DNA of 41,933 nt from the NCBI GenBank assembly GCA_013239625.1, contig MU054120.1:669721-711653 (forward strand), written 5' to 3'. The DNA is from Lama guanicoe (lineage: Eukaryota). Below, in pieces: positions 1 to 11,100 of the stretch. A program made the translations under genes and the position numbers. Under the pieces are notes generated by a model. It was not told where the DNA came from. It searched no databases and was given only the letters and a program-made list of their open reading frames with translations. The first letter of the stretch is position 1; each line of letters opens with the position of its first letter.

Positions 1-1079
1 ATCATACTAAATTTTGGCATAACCATAAATGTTTCTACAATAAATGTGACTTTTATTAGGAAATGAAGTAAGTATTCCTGATAATTAAAATTATGGACAA
101 CATGGAAATAGTTACAATATATTTCGGTAGGTAAAAAACTGGGAAATTATTTCTATGTATGGTAATTGTTTCTAGCAAATAATATGTTGCTCATATCGAT
201 TACTAATGTGAAATATAGAAGTCTTCTTTTTCTCATATTTAGACAGAAAACTTTATGAAGAAATGGAGAAGCTACATATACACAATCTTCAGTACAATTA
301 ATCTACATATACTAAAAATGTGAAACTCTACATTAACCATTTTAATACTTTTAATGACTTAGGGCCATTTAATCCCTATTATGCCAGTGGGAAAATTAAA
401 ATACAATGTTATCGATTATAGAAGAATTCAGTTTCTTTTGACTGAAGGACCACATTTCTTCCACAGGTCTTTATTCTTTTTAATCAATTTTAATATATTA
501 TAATTTTTCCACAATAACTATTTCGGAAGCATAAAATCAGGGAAAGCAGTACTCCAGAGTTAAAGAAGATATAGTCTTTACCTTCCAGCTTGAGAAAATA
601 GGAAATGTATACAGAAAAGTTTAATGATAGTTTACTAAATGCTATATATGAAGAAACTATAATGAGAACATAAGGAAGGGAAAGACTGAATCTGACTGAA
701 GGTTGGGATTGGATTATTCTGGTCTCTTTTGGTGAACTCAAATTATTTTAAAGAAAAAAATACTTTTGGCTCATATAACTAGAAAGATAAAAGAAGCAGA
801 GTAAGTCTAGACAAGGGTGGATCAAGAAATGTAAAATAGTGAAGACTGTCTCAGCTCAGACTTCTCATTGCCTTATTGTCAAGCCGCTTATTGCCAGGTA
901 ACTGGAAAAGTGTATCTCGAAGCTTGCTATCTCAGAGTTTTGTTATGATCGAAAAATCCAGTGTTAAAAAGCATGTGTATAAGAAAATATGGAAAACACT
1001 TAAACGTTAGTTGCAAGTTAAAGAACTGGTATGTATATAGTCAGATGGGCAGTATGACAGGGTTAAGTTATTTAAGTTG

Positions 1080-1260
1080 GCTAAGTTGAATTCTGGAGTC
1101 AGTCGGCATTGGTTTACATTTTACATTTGTGTTCCTAGCTACTTTATCTTCGGTGAATCTCTTAGCCTCTCTCAGTCTGATTCTCTACGCCTTAGCAAGG
1201 ACAGGTCTTGTCAAATAATAAAGGGTCAGATACTCTATATGAATGTTATTGTCATGATCA
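1080..1260 (+). mobile_element. Degenerate MIR SINE fragment
   Basis: 'ttctggagtcag...' followed by 'tgaatctcttagcctctctcagtctgattctc' resembles the MIR head and core. It is heavily diverged. Confidence 0.45.
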
Positions 1261-1639
1261 CTTATAGAGACATTGCTTGAGGAAATAGGTCTTTTAGTTT
1301 GTCTGAAGGATTGCAGAGATGGAAATTAGAATCCAAGAGGAGAGATTATCTTTATTTCCATAAAGATATACAATAAGCTTGTAAAACACTTTATTTCCAT
1401 AAACTTTCCATTGACATTCACCCTCATGTCTACCTACCACCAGCGTTATTGAATCCCAGTCAGTGCATCATTCCACTCAGCACATACGCATGAGGTTATT
1501 TCAGTCCAATCTAAAAACTATATTTTGAACACACCTCTCTTTTTGCTATTCAAGAGACTTGTTTACATTCAATATTTTCAGTTTTCCTCCTTCCACTGTG
1601 TTTTAATCCCACTATACCATTATTGTAATGTCTTATACT

Positions 1640-2495
1640 CATGTATAATCTATAATATGTTAAACCTTTGGTAGTGGAAATTTGAGGGTATGAGTATATT
1701 CAGCTTTGTTAAATATTGCCAAATAGTCCTTCAAAGTAGTTTTGACAATTTACATTTCAATATTAGTGGATTATGGATTCTAATATTCTATATCCATGAC
1801 TGCATGTGATACTGTTAAATGTTTTTTGGTTTTTTTGTGTGTGATTTTTGTTGTTTGTATGTGTGTTTATATAGGTGTGTTTATTTTTGGTCACAATAAT
1901 AGAATGATAATGCATAATTTTGAGGTTTTGCTTATTACTAGTGTAGTTGAAAATAATGTTATATAATTAGTGTATTGATTTTTATTTTACTTTTATTGTT
2001 TTTTTATTGAATTATATAAAATACCTTCTTATGTTTTGGATATTAATTGTTGGTTACATGCACTCAAACATGTTTTCTGTCTGTAACATGTTCTTTCTAT
2101 CACACTTTTTGATACAAAGACGATTTTTATATAAAGATATCAAATATATTATTTTCCCATGATGTCTTATTTAAGAAGCCATCCCTCCAGTGAGGTCATA
2201 AAGTTATTCTTACGTGAATGCTTCTAAAGCTTTTCAAATTTTAACTTACGTATTAAACATTTTAATCCATCTAATGCTGATTTTAATGTGGAATTTAGTT
2301 TACATTCCCTTTTGTCCAGTTAACTAATTTTTGAGAAACCGTTTATTGACTAGTCCGTCCTTTCTCCATTAAACAGGAGTGTGACTTCGGTTGTATATCC
2401 AGTGCCAATTTATTTTTCCACTCTATTTTATCCTGTTGACTTATTTTTTTATACCTGGACCAACTCTACATGGTCTGATACATTACAATTTTAAC
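1640..2495 (-). mobile_element. Old L1 (L1M-type) ORF2 3' region fragment
   Basis: Antisense L1 motifs are present, e.g. 'atattcagctttgttaaatattgccaaatagtccttcaaagtagttttgacaatttacatttc', 'ttttaatccatctaatgctgatttt' and 'gtttattgactagtccgtcctttctccatt'. Confidence 0.7.
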
Positions 2496-2499
2496 TAGC

Positions 2500-3235
2500 A
2501 ATAAATGATTCAGTGTGAAGAAAAAAAGTCTTTTAAAGATTGAAGAATAAATAGAGCTTCAGAGAACTTTTAGAAAATACCAGATGTACCAAAATATGTG
2601 TGACAGGCATCTGAGAGGACTGGAAAAAAAGGAGTAGAAAAATATGTGATAAAAATGATTAAAATTTCCCAAATTTTATGAAAAACATTAGTCTGCATAT
2701 CCAAGAAGCTTGATAAATTCTAAACAGGATAAGTACAAAGAATCCACACCTAGAAATTTATGGTCAAACTGTTGAAAGCCAAAAGTGAAAATTTTAAACG
2801 CAGCAAGAGAAAAATGGTTCATACATGGGAAATCAGTACTATTGAAGGCTGTTTTATATCAGAAATAATGGCTGGCAAAAGGCTGTGGAAGAATGTACTC
2901 ACTTTATAGAAAGGAAAAAAAAAGATCTTCCTAATTTCTGGACATGGTGGGTATGTTTGTTACGTTGATTGGGGTGATGATTTCACATATGTTTCAAAAT
3001 CATCAAATTGTATACTTTAAATATATGCAGGTCCTTGTGTATCAATTATATATCGATAAAGCTGTTAAAATAATACTTCCAATATGAAAGTGAAAGACCA
3101 GATAAACAAAAATTGTGAAAATTTGTTGCTAACAGACCCACCTTACAAGAAATACTAAAAATACCTTCGGTTGAAATGAAGTAATATCATGCCATGTTAT
3201 AAAGAACAACAAAAATGTTAAATATGTAGATTACT
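2500..3235 (+). mobile_element. Old L1 ORF1 remnant (interrupted)
   Basis: 'catatccaagaagct...aggataagtacaaagaatccacacctagaaatttatggtcaaactgttgaaagccaaa...attttaaacgcagcaagagaaaaa' is ORF1p-like (IQEA...TPR..VKLLKAK..ILNAAREK). It resumes at ~3070 with 'cccaccttacaagaaatactaaaa'. Confidence 0.75.
2930..3070 (+). mobile_element. L1 3'UTR terminal fragment (L1MC/MD-like) nested in the ORF1 remnant
   Basis: 'ggtgatgatttcaca...catcaaattgtatactttaaatatatgcag...tatcaattata...taaagctgttaaaa' is a typical L1M 3' terminus. Confidence 0.7.
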
Positions 3236-3281
3236 TATGTCTAGGGGAGGTTGTCTAAGTCTGGTAGTAGAAGATGAAAAT

Positions 3282-3715
3282 AATTTTTAATTGAGGTATA
3301 GTTGATTTACAGTATAAGTTTCAGGTATACAAAATAGTGATTCACAATTTTTAAAGATTATATTCCCTTTATAGTTATTATAAAATATTGGCTATATTCC
3401 CTTTGCTGTACATTATATCCTTGTAGCTTATTTATCTTATACATAGTTCATATCACTTAATCCTCTACTCCTGTCTTGTCCCTCTCCCCACTGGTGACAA
3501 CTTGTTCATTCTCTATATCTGAGAGTCTGTTTCTCTTACACTATGTTCACTGGTTTGTTTTACTTATAGATTCTGTACATAAGTGATAATATACAGTATT
3601 TTTTTTCCGACTTATTTCACTAAGCATAATACCCTCCAAGTCCATCTATTGTTGCAAATGGAAAACTTCATTCTTTTTTGTGGCTGAGTAGTAGTCCATG
3701 GCATATATGTATGTA

Positions 3716-3753
<38 letters not shown>

Positions 3754-4024
3754 CACTACACATATACCACTGCTTCTTTATCCATTCATCTGCTGATAGA
3801 CACTTAGGTTGCTTCCATATCTTAGCTATTGTAAATAATGCTGCTGTGAACACTGAGGTGCATACATCTTTTTGGATTAATGTTTTCGTTTTCTTCAGAT
3901 ACATAGCCACGAGTGGAATTGTTGGATCATATTGTAGTTCCGTTTTTGCTTTTTTAAAGTAACTCCCATACTGTTTTCCACAGTGGCTGCACCAATTTAC
4001 ATTCCCATCAGCAGTGTACAAGAG
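3282..4024 (-). mobile_element. 5'-truncated L1 3' end (ORF2 C-terminus plus 3'UTR), laurasiatherian/artiodactyl type
   Basis: The ORF at 3668-4114(-) contains YTADGNVNWCSHCGK...LQYDPTIPL...FTAALFTIAKIWKQPKCLSADEWIKK, which is the L1 ORF2p C-terminal region. The 3'UTR ends at 'ttttaattgaggtatagttgatttaca'. Confidence 0.93.
3720..3750. repeat. (TG)n microsatellite within L1
   Basis: About 15 TG units are read directly. Confidence 0.97.
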
Positions 4025-4039
4025 TTTAAGAAGGGAGTA

Positions 4040-4207
4040 ATTTTGAATGAACATGAAGGCAACTCTCTGGGGTGATGGTAATAGTTTAAAATTAGATTGT
4101 TGTGATGATTGCACACCTATATAAATTTTCTAAAATCATTGAATTGTATACTTAAATGGGTGATAAATTTTATGATATTAAATTGTACCTAAATCAGTTT
4201 AAAAAAA
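4040..4207 (+). mobile_element. L1 3'UTR terminal fragment (L1MB/MC-like)
   Basis: 'ctggggtgatggtaatagtttaaaattagattgttgtgatgattgcaca...cattgaattgtatacttaaatgggtga' followed by an A-tail. Confidence 0.75.
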
Positions 4208-5270
4208 CAATCAGTGTAATCTATCATATTTACAGAATAAATAAGCAAAACCAAGTGATCATACTACTGTATGTTTAAAAGCATTTGAAATAACTCAGTA
4301 TGCATTCATGATAAAATTTCTCAGCATTTTAAGGAGAGAAGGAAACATCCTTAACCTGACAGTATCAACAAACTCACTGTTGGCCTCATATTTAGAGAAA
4401 GTTTAGATGATTTCTTTGTGATTAGAAACAAGTCATGGATATCTGTTTCATTCTCCCCATCTAAGATTTCACTGGAAGTCCTAGACAATGCAGTAAGCAA
4501 GAAAAATAAATAAAGTGCATACAGATTTGAAAGAAAAAAATTGTTTATAATCACAAAAGAAATGGTTATTTACATAGAAAATGCCAAGGACTGTACCTAA
4601 AAGATTCTAGGAATAAAAAGAAAATTGATCAAGATAACAATATACAAGATCAGTATACAAAATTGATTATTTTTCTCCTGTTAACTAACAATGACTAGTT
4701 AAAAGCTGAAATAAAAATTACCTTTAAATTGCTCCCAGAATCAGCAATTTTGGGTCCAAAGTCTAATGTAGTATGTGGAGAATTTGTATGTTGAAAACTA
4801 CATAGAACTAATAAAAGAAAAAGAAGATATAGATAAGTGGAGAGATAACCATATTCATGGATTTGAAGACTCAGTATAATTAAGATTTTAGTTCCCTCAA
4901 ATTGTCCTATAAATTTAAGAAATCTCAGTCAAGTTCCAGCAGGAGTTTTTGGGATATCTATATGTTGGGTCTATCTTGCTTATGGAATGCAGTTACTGGA
5001 TTAGGCAAAATGATTTTGAAAAAGAACAAAGCTGCAAGTCTCTATCTGGTTTTAAGTAAACTGTATTAAGCTACAGTAATTAAGCTACTATAATCTTTGT
5101 GAAAGGGTAGACATACAGATGTGTAAAATAGAATGCAGAAATAGATGCACATAAACATAGTCAGTTGATTTTGACAAAGGTAATTCAATGGAAAAAGAAT
5201 ATCTTTGCAATAAACAAAGACTATAACAACTGAATGTCAATATGCAAAAAGTAAAGGTTGATCTTGCCTT
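4208..5270 (+). mobile_element. Old L1 ORF2 remnant (RT domain and downstream)
   Basis: Decayed RT motifs include 'aaaagcatttgaaataactcagtatgcattcatgataaaa' (KAFDKIQHPFMIK-like), 'ctggaagtcctagacaatgcagtaag' (LEVLA.A.R) and 'ataagtggagagataaccatattcatggatt' (KW.DIPCSWI-like). Confidence 0.85.
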
Positions 5271-5821
5271 TGCAAAGGAGGAAAAATCTTTTCCTCTACC
5301 CATCTTAGGTTATTCAGTAGTGGCCCTGTAAAGGAGACTGGCCAGAAAAACAGGTTAATGAGAGAAAAACAAACAAGTTTAATAACATGTGCATAGCACC
5401 TACAAATGGGAGTACTCAGAGATGAGTAACTCAAATTGGTTAGAACTTGGGTTTATATATCATCTTAGGCTAAAACAAAGGAAAAGGAATTTGGGGTTTC
5501 TGGGCAGGGGAAGCAAGTTATGGAAACTTGCCCAGGGGGGAAAAATAGTAAACAAGGGTTGTTTAGTAAGGCGTGCTTTGCAGCTTTAAGTCAATGCTTT
5601 TTCCATTAATAAGAATTGTTAAGATTGTCTTCCTCTTCCTGTTAGACATTTCTAAAGAAATGGAAATTTACTTTATAAATGTAAATTTCCTTAAAAAAGG
5701 AGAACTTGTGCTCAGATTTTAGAGCTTTCCCTGTATCTCTTGGTTCTCAGTGGCCTTTGGCTCAAAATAATCCCAATGTCAAGGAGGCATATGTTGGCCT
5801 AGGATAGTCTGGTACCTCTCA
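5271..5821 (-). mobile_element. Solo LTR, ERV1-like, inserted in L1 ORF2
   Basis: A 551 bp block bounded by TG...CA. The L1 sequence stops at 5270 and resumes at 5822 ('ttttatactttatacaaaagttaattcaaaatg'). The end motif 'ctcaaaataatcc...tcaaggaggcatat' is typical of ERV1 LTRs read antisense. Confidence 0.8.
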
Positions 5822-6830
5822 TTTTATACTTTATACAAAAGTTAATTCAAAATGAGTAGTAAATCTAAATGTAAGTGTAAAACTAATATTTTTAGACAAA
5901 AAAATTTTAGAAAAGAAAAATTTTAGGGCCACAGATTAACTCAACTGTTCTTTGTTAAAACATCAAAAGCATGGTTCATAAAAGAAAATCTTGATAACTA
6001 GGCTTCATCAAGTTTTTAAAAATTGCTCTGAGAAAAATAACTGTTAAGAGAGTAAAGATGCAAACTAAAGATAGAAGAAACTATTTTCTCCATATCTGTT
6101 GAAAGACAGTGTTAAAGTATTTGAATGAATTTGAATATTTGAATGATAGTTTATCACTGAAGATAAACCAATGGCAAATATGCACAATAAAAGATGCTCA
6201 ACATCATTAGGCATTGGAAAACTAAAATAAAACCCCAGTGAGAAACCACTGCACATCTATTAAAGTGAATACATATTTTTAAAATGACAATAGTAAGTGC
6301 TGAGGACCTGAGCAGATGTAAATTATGCACTGCTGGAGGGAATGTAAAACAGTATTTCTTATAAATTAAACATGCTCTTACCATATGACCCAGCAGTTCC
6401 ATTCTTAATTATATATTCAGAGAAATAAATAATGCTGTTGACAAAATAACCTGCATGTGACTGTTTGTAGCAGAATAATTTATAATTGTTGAAATCTAGA
6501 AACAGATGTCCTATGGGTGTACACTGATACAATGGCACACTACTCAGCAATAAAAAGAACTTGCAGCAGTGCAGAGGAGTCTCAAATGCATTGTGTCCTG
6601 AAAGAACTCAAAATCAAGATTACTGTCATACTGTATGATTTCATGTGCGTGACCTTCTAGAAAAGTAAAAACAATTAGTGGTAACCATGGGTTGAGACAT
6701 GGAGAGAATTTGAGTAAAATAGGAGTTTTTTTTTTGTTTTTGTTTTTTTTTTTTAGTTGGGAAACTTCTGTATCCCAGTCATGGTTGTGATTACAAGACT
6801 TTATGAATTTCTCAAAAGTTCACTGACTAG
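5822..6830 (+). mobile_element. Old L1 ORF2 3' part and 3'UTR (continuation of 4208-5270)
   Basis: 'aaagatgctcaacatcattag', 'ttaccatatgacccagcagttccattct' (LPYDPAVP) and 'catactgtatgatttcatgt' are present. Confidence 0.85.
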
Positions 6831-9289
6831 AACCATCATTTAATCACTTCTTTATATATAGTTGACGTAACTAAATTATTCTTATTTATTCCAAAATTTT
6901 GTAATTATGCTGATCAGAGTCTCAGCCAATGAGCCACATTGATTATGTAGAGAGGGGATCATTACCTAGAAGCTTGTCCAGAAGCAGAAATGATACGCTC
7001 CAAGTAGGTCACAGGTGTGGCAAACGTAAGTGATAGGTTCATCAACCTGGAACTGACTGACTGATGGGAGTCAATCCAGAATGGCTAAACAAACACAGGG
7101 GCTTGGATTTAAATGTCAACACAGTTGACTGAAATGTTTCAAGTTTAAGAAGGCACAGAGGAGATTCCAAGAGTGAAAAACTTAGGATGACCAATAGATA
7201 AGAAAAAGGAGCATAGCAGAAAAAGAGGAGATGAAGAGTATATTCATACAATTCTATACCAAATTTGTTTGAGTGTGTCAGTGTTGCAGTTGTCTTATAT
7301 ATCTCCAGGTTCTTCGATTGTGAATCCTAAAGATTATCATCAGATCTCTAATACTCACTGTATCTGTGCCTTGCTTGTCTGTGATGAGTTGGTAGAGTGG
7401 CACTAAGAGTTCTATGCTTCTATGCCACCAACAGGAGCAATATTGATCTTTCTCAGCCGTGTGCTGCAAAAAGTAAAATTTCAAAATGTGTAACTCTATT
7501 TCAGTTTGCAAGGAAAGCAGTATGTTTGCAGATTTGTACTTGTTTCTGTTGTTTACATAATTTGGGAATCTTTGAAAAAATGATTATAAAAGAACACTTT
7601 TAAGTGTTTTTAAGTAGAATAAAAAATTTAGGTAAGCTTGTGACCTGAATTTATTTATTTATCTATTTTTTACTTACTTTCTGGGATATTAAATACGTCT
7701 CCCAGTTTAATATAATAACATTTCTTAAGTATATTTAAAGATCAAACCAGATTACAGAATGCTTTTTAAAATGTGCATTGGCATTTTTACTAAATGATGG
7801 CATGACAAAGGATATTGAATGCTTTTAAAAACATTAATTTCAAAGATACAAGTGCCTGGATTCATTAAGATATTATTTGGTATCAATTTAAGTTAACGTA
7901 TTTTTAATCTTTAAGGCAGTCTTTTTTTAGTCACATTTAGAATTAAAGGAAATGCTCACAAAATATGAAATATACTGTAGTTGATCAAGAAAAATCATTA
8001 AAATATTTACATAAATGATTAGTTTAAAATATTAAAGCATAGACTTGCAATTATCTCATTTGGTCACAAACCACATCTGGTTTATTTTTATCTGCTTCGA
8101 TCACTTACTGTAATTGGTGATAATACTGATTTTAATTAAACAGACCATTTCAAAATTTTATGTATACAGTTACAATTTCTGTAATAAAAATCATAACCAT
8201 ATATAGTTCATACTTATGAAAGGATTTTCTAAATGTTATAATAATTTTGAAACACATGCAGTCCACCATTAAAAAAAACAGCATTTTTCTCAAGCATTTC
8301 ACAATCCAGCTAAGAGCACAAAGCTAGGTCTTTACTAATTTGAACATTACTAGAATGAAAACACATTTATTCAGATGAGAATAAATAAAAGAAACTCAGG
8401 ATGATTATTTTAGGATATACAATAGCGATGTAATAATTTACAATAGAGATGCAATGCTTATGAAGCTGTCGGGTCATTATTCTGTCAGAGAATGAAAGGG
8501 TAATGGCTGTTGAAATTCCTTCTCCATGTCATTATATTCTAACTGCAAATATTTCAGACCGTTTACAGTCTGTTGACTCCATTGGTTCATTCACTAAATT
8601 CACTCTGAGCTCTTCAGCTTACAGAAGTAATTCCTTTGTATGTGCCCATGCAAAGTTCTAGGTTCTTTTCTGTGTTGTTCTCTTATGTTTTTTATTGGTC
8701 TTGACCCCTATCCTTCTATCTCAAAATACAGTTAATCAGTGGGTACCAAATAGAAGAAGTAAATAGGGAACACTTTGTGGATCTTTATTGTAGTAAAGCA
8801 AATGTTTAGAATAAAAGAAAAGTAGAAAAGAGCGAAATTGAAAAGACAAGTGTCAATGTTATTAGGAAACTGAAGTTTCCACAGTCTGATTTTGCTCATT
8901 TGTAGACAACAACAGTTTTGAAGCAAAATATTTATTAAAGAAATGCAATTGGAGAGTAATTCTGTAAACTACATCTAAAACTAGCTGTCTTTAAGCCAGA
9001 CATCTCTAGTTGTTCCAATAAAAATGAAAAGTAAATGCCTCTTTTAGAACATTCCTCGTAAGTAACTGAGCCTCATTGTTCTCCATAATCTTATATCCTT
9101 CCACTTCACACATGTTATGTTAATGTCTATTCTCTGTAAGGATATAAGTTTGAAACCCTTGCAAAACATATCAATTCATTGAAAGGAACAAGATGATGCA
9201 TGAGCTGTGAGAAAAGTCATTTTCTTCCCTTATAATCTTAGCTCTTGCTTACAGTTAAAATGGCAATAATTTTAGTTACCCTGTAATTA

Positions 9290-9455
9290 ATATTTCACAT
9301 TACTTAATCCTCTCACTTACTTTTTTCTAACAGCATTGTATATAAAGTTTTATAAATGCTCCTTTTCCAGATTAAGATAGAAAAGGATCAGAGGGATTAC
9401 ATGGCATTTCTAAGGTCACACAGCTATATTTCAGGAACTCTGACTTTCTAAGACT
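9290..9455 (-). mobile_element. MIR fragment
   Basis: 'ttaatcctctcac...ccttttccagat...tcagagggattaca...ctaaggtcacacagcta...tctgactttctaag' matches the antisense MIR core. Confidence 0.6.
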
Positions 9456-10554
9456 GAACAATAGAATGAAGACTCTATACTCAAAATGATAAACACTACA
9501 TCAAATGTAACCTCACTAATGCTGTGTTAAAATTATTCTTTCCTATGACTATATAATTCACCTTTTATGGGGTAGTTTTAATCATTGTCAAGACCATGTC
9601 TTTGTGGCCTGGCTCAGTCACTGATGTAACCAAATAAGAACTGTTCAGACTTCTTACCAAGGCAACGATTTGAGTTTATACTCCAAATATGTAACAATGG
9701 AATATAAAATATTAAAAGAGAAAAACATTTAAAATGGTTTAAATGAGATTAAAAATTTATACATCTCTCCATGGACAAGAAATGGTTCAGAAAAACATTT
9801 ATGAGTAGATTTTAAACACAGGTTCTGGTCCAGGATAAATCAGTGATCAGAAATTCATATTTAACATGAACACAAGTCCAAGATTCTGTGATATCTCTAA
9901 AACAGTTTCCCTTGGGCAATGACCCAGACCTACCAATATAAGTGTGGCTTTAGAAACAGAGAGCTCAGAGACTAGATGGATAATATTACCAAACTCACAG
10001 TAAAAGCACAGAGGTCAGGGGAGGAGGACTGGGGAGAAAGATGGGGGATTCATAATGAAATTAAGCCACTCAATAAAATACTGCAATGTTAGAAAAAAAA
10101 AAACAACTCACTGAGGCAGCCAAAAAATAATCAGAAAAAATTGAATTTACATCTCATGAAATTAGCTTTAAAAAGATTTAAAATCTTTCTGCCTAGGATC
10201 CTCACATAGAGAAAATAGCAACCACGAAGAGAGCAACATTTTTTTTGATAAAAATGAAACAGGAAAAAAAAACCACACATGCACATAGCTGGACTTTTTT
10301 AAAGTGCTCGTATAAAATCTTGAAAGTGAAAAATAAGGCTGCTGAGACTAAACAAACAAAAATGAATAGGATTATATTCTAGGGTGGTACAATAATCTGA
10401 GAGTCAATTAGTGATGAATTAAGTAAAAATGAGCCATAGAGCAACCTCATACTATTATTTATATAGTAAAATTATTTAACACTACAAAAAAATAGAGATT
10501 TTCTTTTGAAATTAACAATTACATAGCAGTCTTCTTACCAGAAGCGATATAAAT

Positions 10555-10710
10555 ATGAATTATATAGTCAAACTGCTCAGGAAAACTAGCTGTCAGTATA
10601 GAATTCTATATTCTGCTGAATTATCTTTCAAGGATTGGAGGAAAATTAGGTCATCTTCAGATATAAAAATGTAAATACTTTTTATACCTAGAGACTTCCA
10701 GTAGCAATTC
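10555..10710 (+). mobile_element. Ancient L1/HAL1 ORF1 C-terminal remnant
   Basis: 'agaattctatattctgctgaattatctttcaag' encodes RILYSAELSFK, matching the ORF1p motif PRILYPAKLSFK. Confidence 0.6.
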
Positions 10711-10932
10711 TGAAATCATAATATATATATGTGATAACACATGGAGAGGGTTGTTGCTGTTGTGTTAATTACTTTATTCACTTTCAATTATTTCATTTAG
10801 AATATAGCTGCAACCTCAAAAATAGCTCAAAAGTGCATCATTCTATTTTGCATTCATTCTCTAAACTTTGAATAATGATGACTGGGTAAGTATATTTTCT
10901 TCATGCATATTCTCTTTATTCTTTTTCTCTGA

Positions 10933-11100
10933 TTATATATACAGAAATATATATATATACATATATAAAGATCATATATTGACTTTATATACATACATAT
11001 AAAATTCATTTATATGTATGTATAATACATATAAAAGTTATATTTATGTTATGTACTTATATATTTTATATACATGTATATATATATATGTATATATATA
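10933..11100. repeat. (TA)n-rich low-complexity tract
   Basis: Degenerate TA/TACA/TATG repeats are read directly. Confidence 0.9.

Noticed and set aside
3668..4114. 148 aa ORF as a host gene
   Set aside because: It is a chimera of two L1 fragments plus a (CA)n run.
7030..7250. Possible L2 fragments here and at ~12000-12250, 21600-22000 and 25250-25640
   Set aside because: They are purine-rich and L2-like but too degraded to call or delimit without a profile search.
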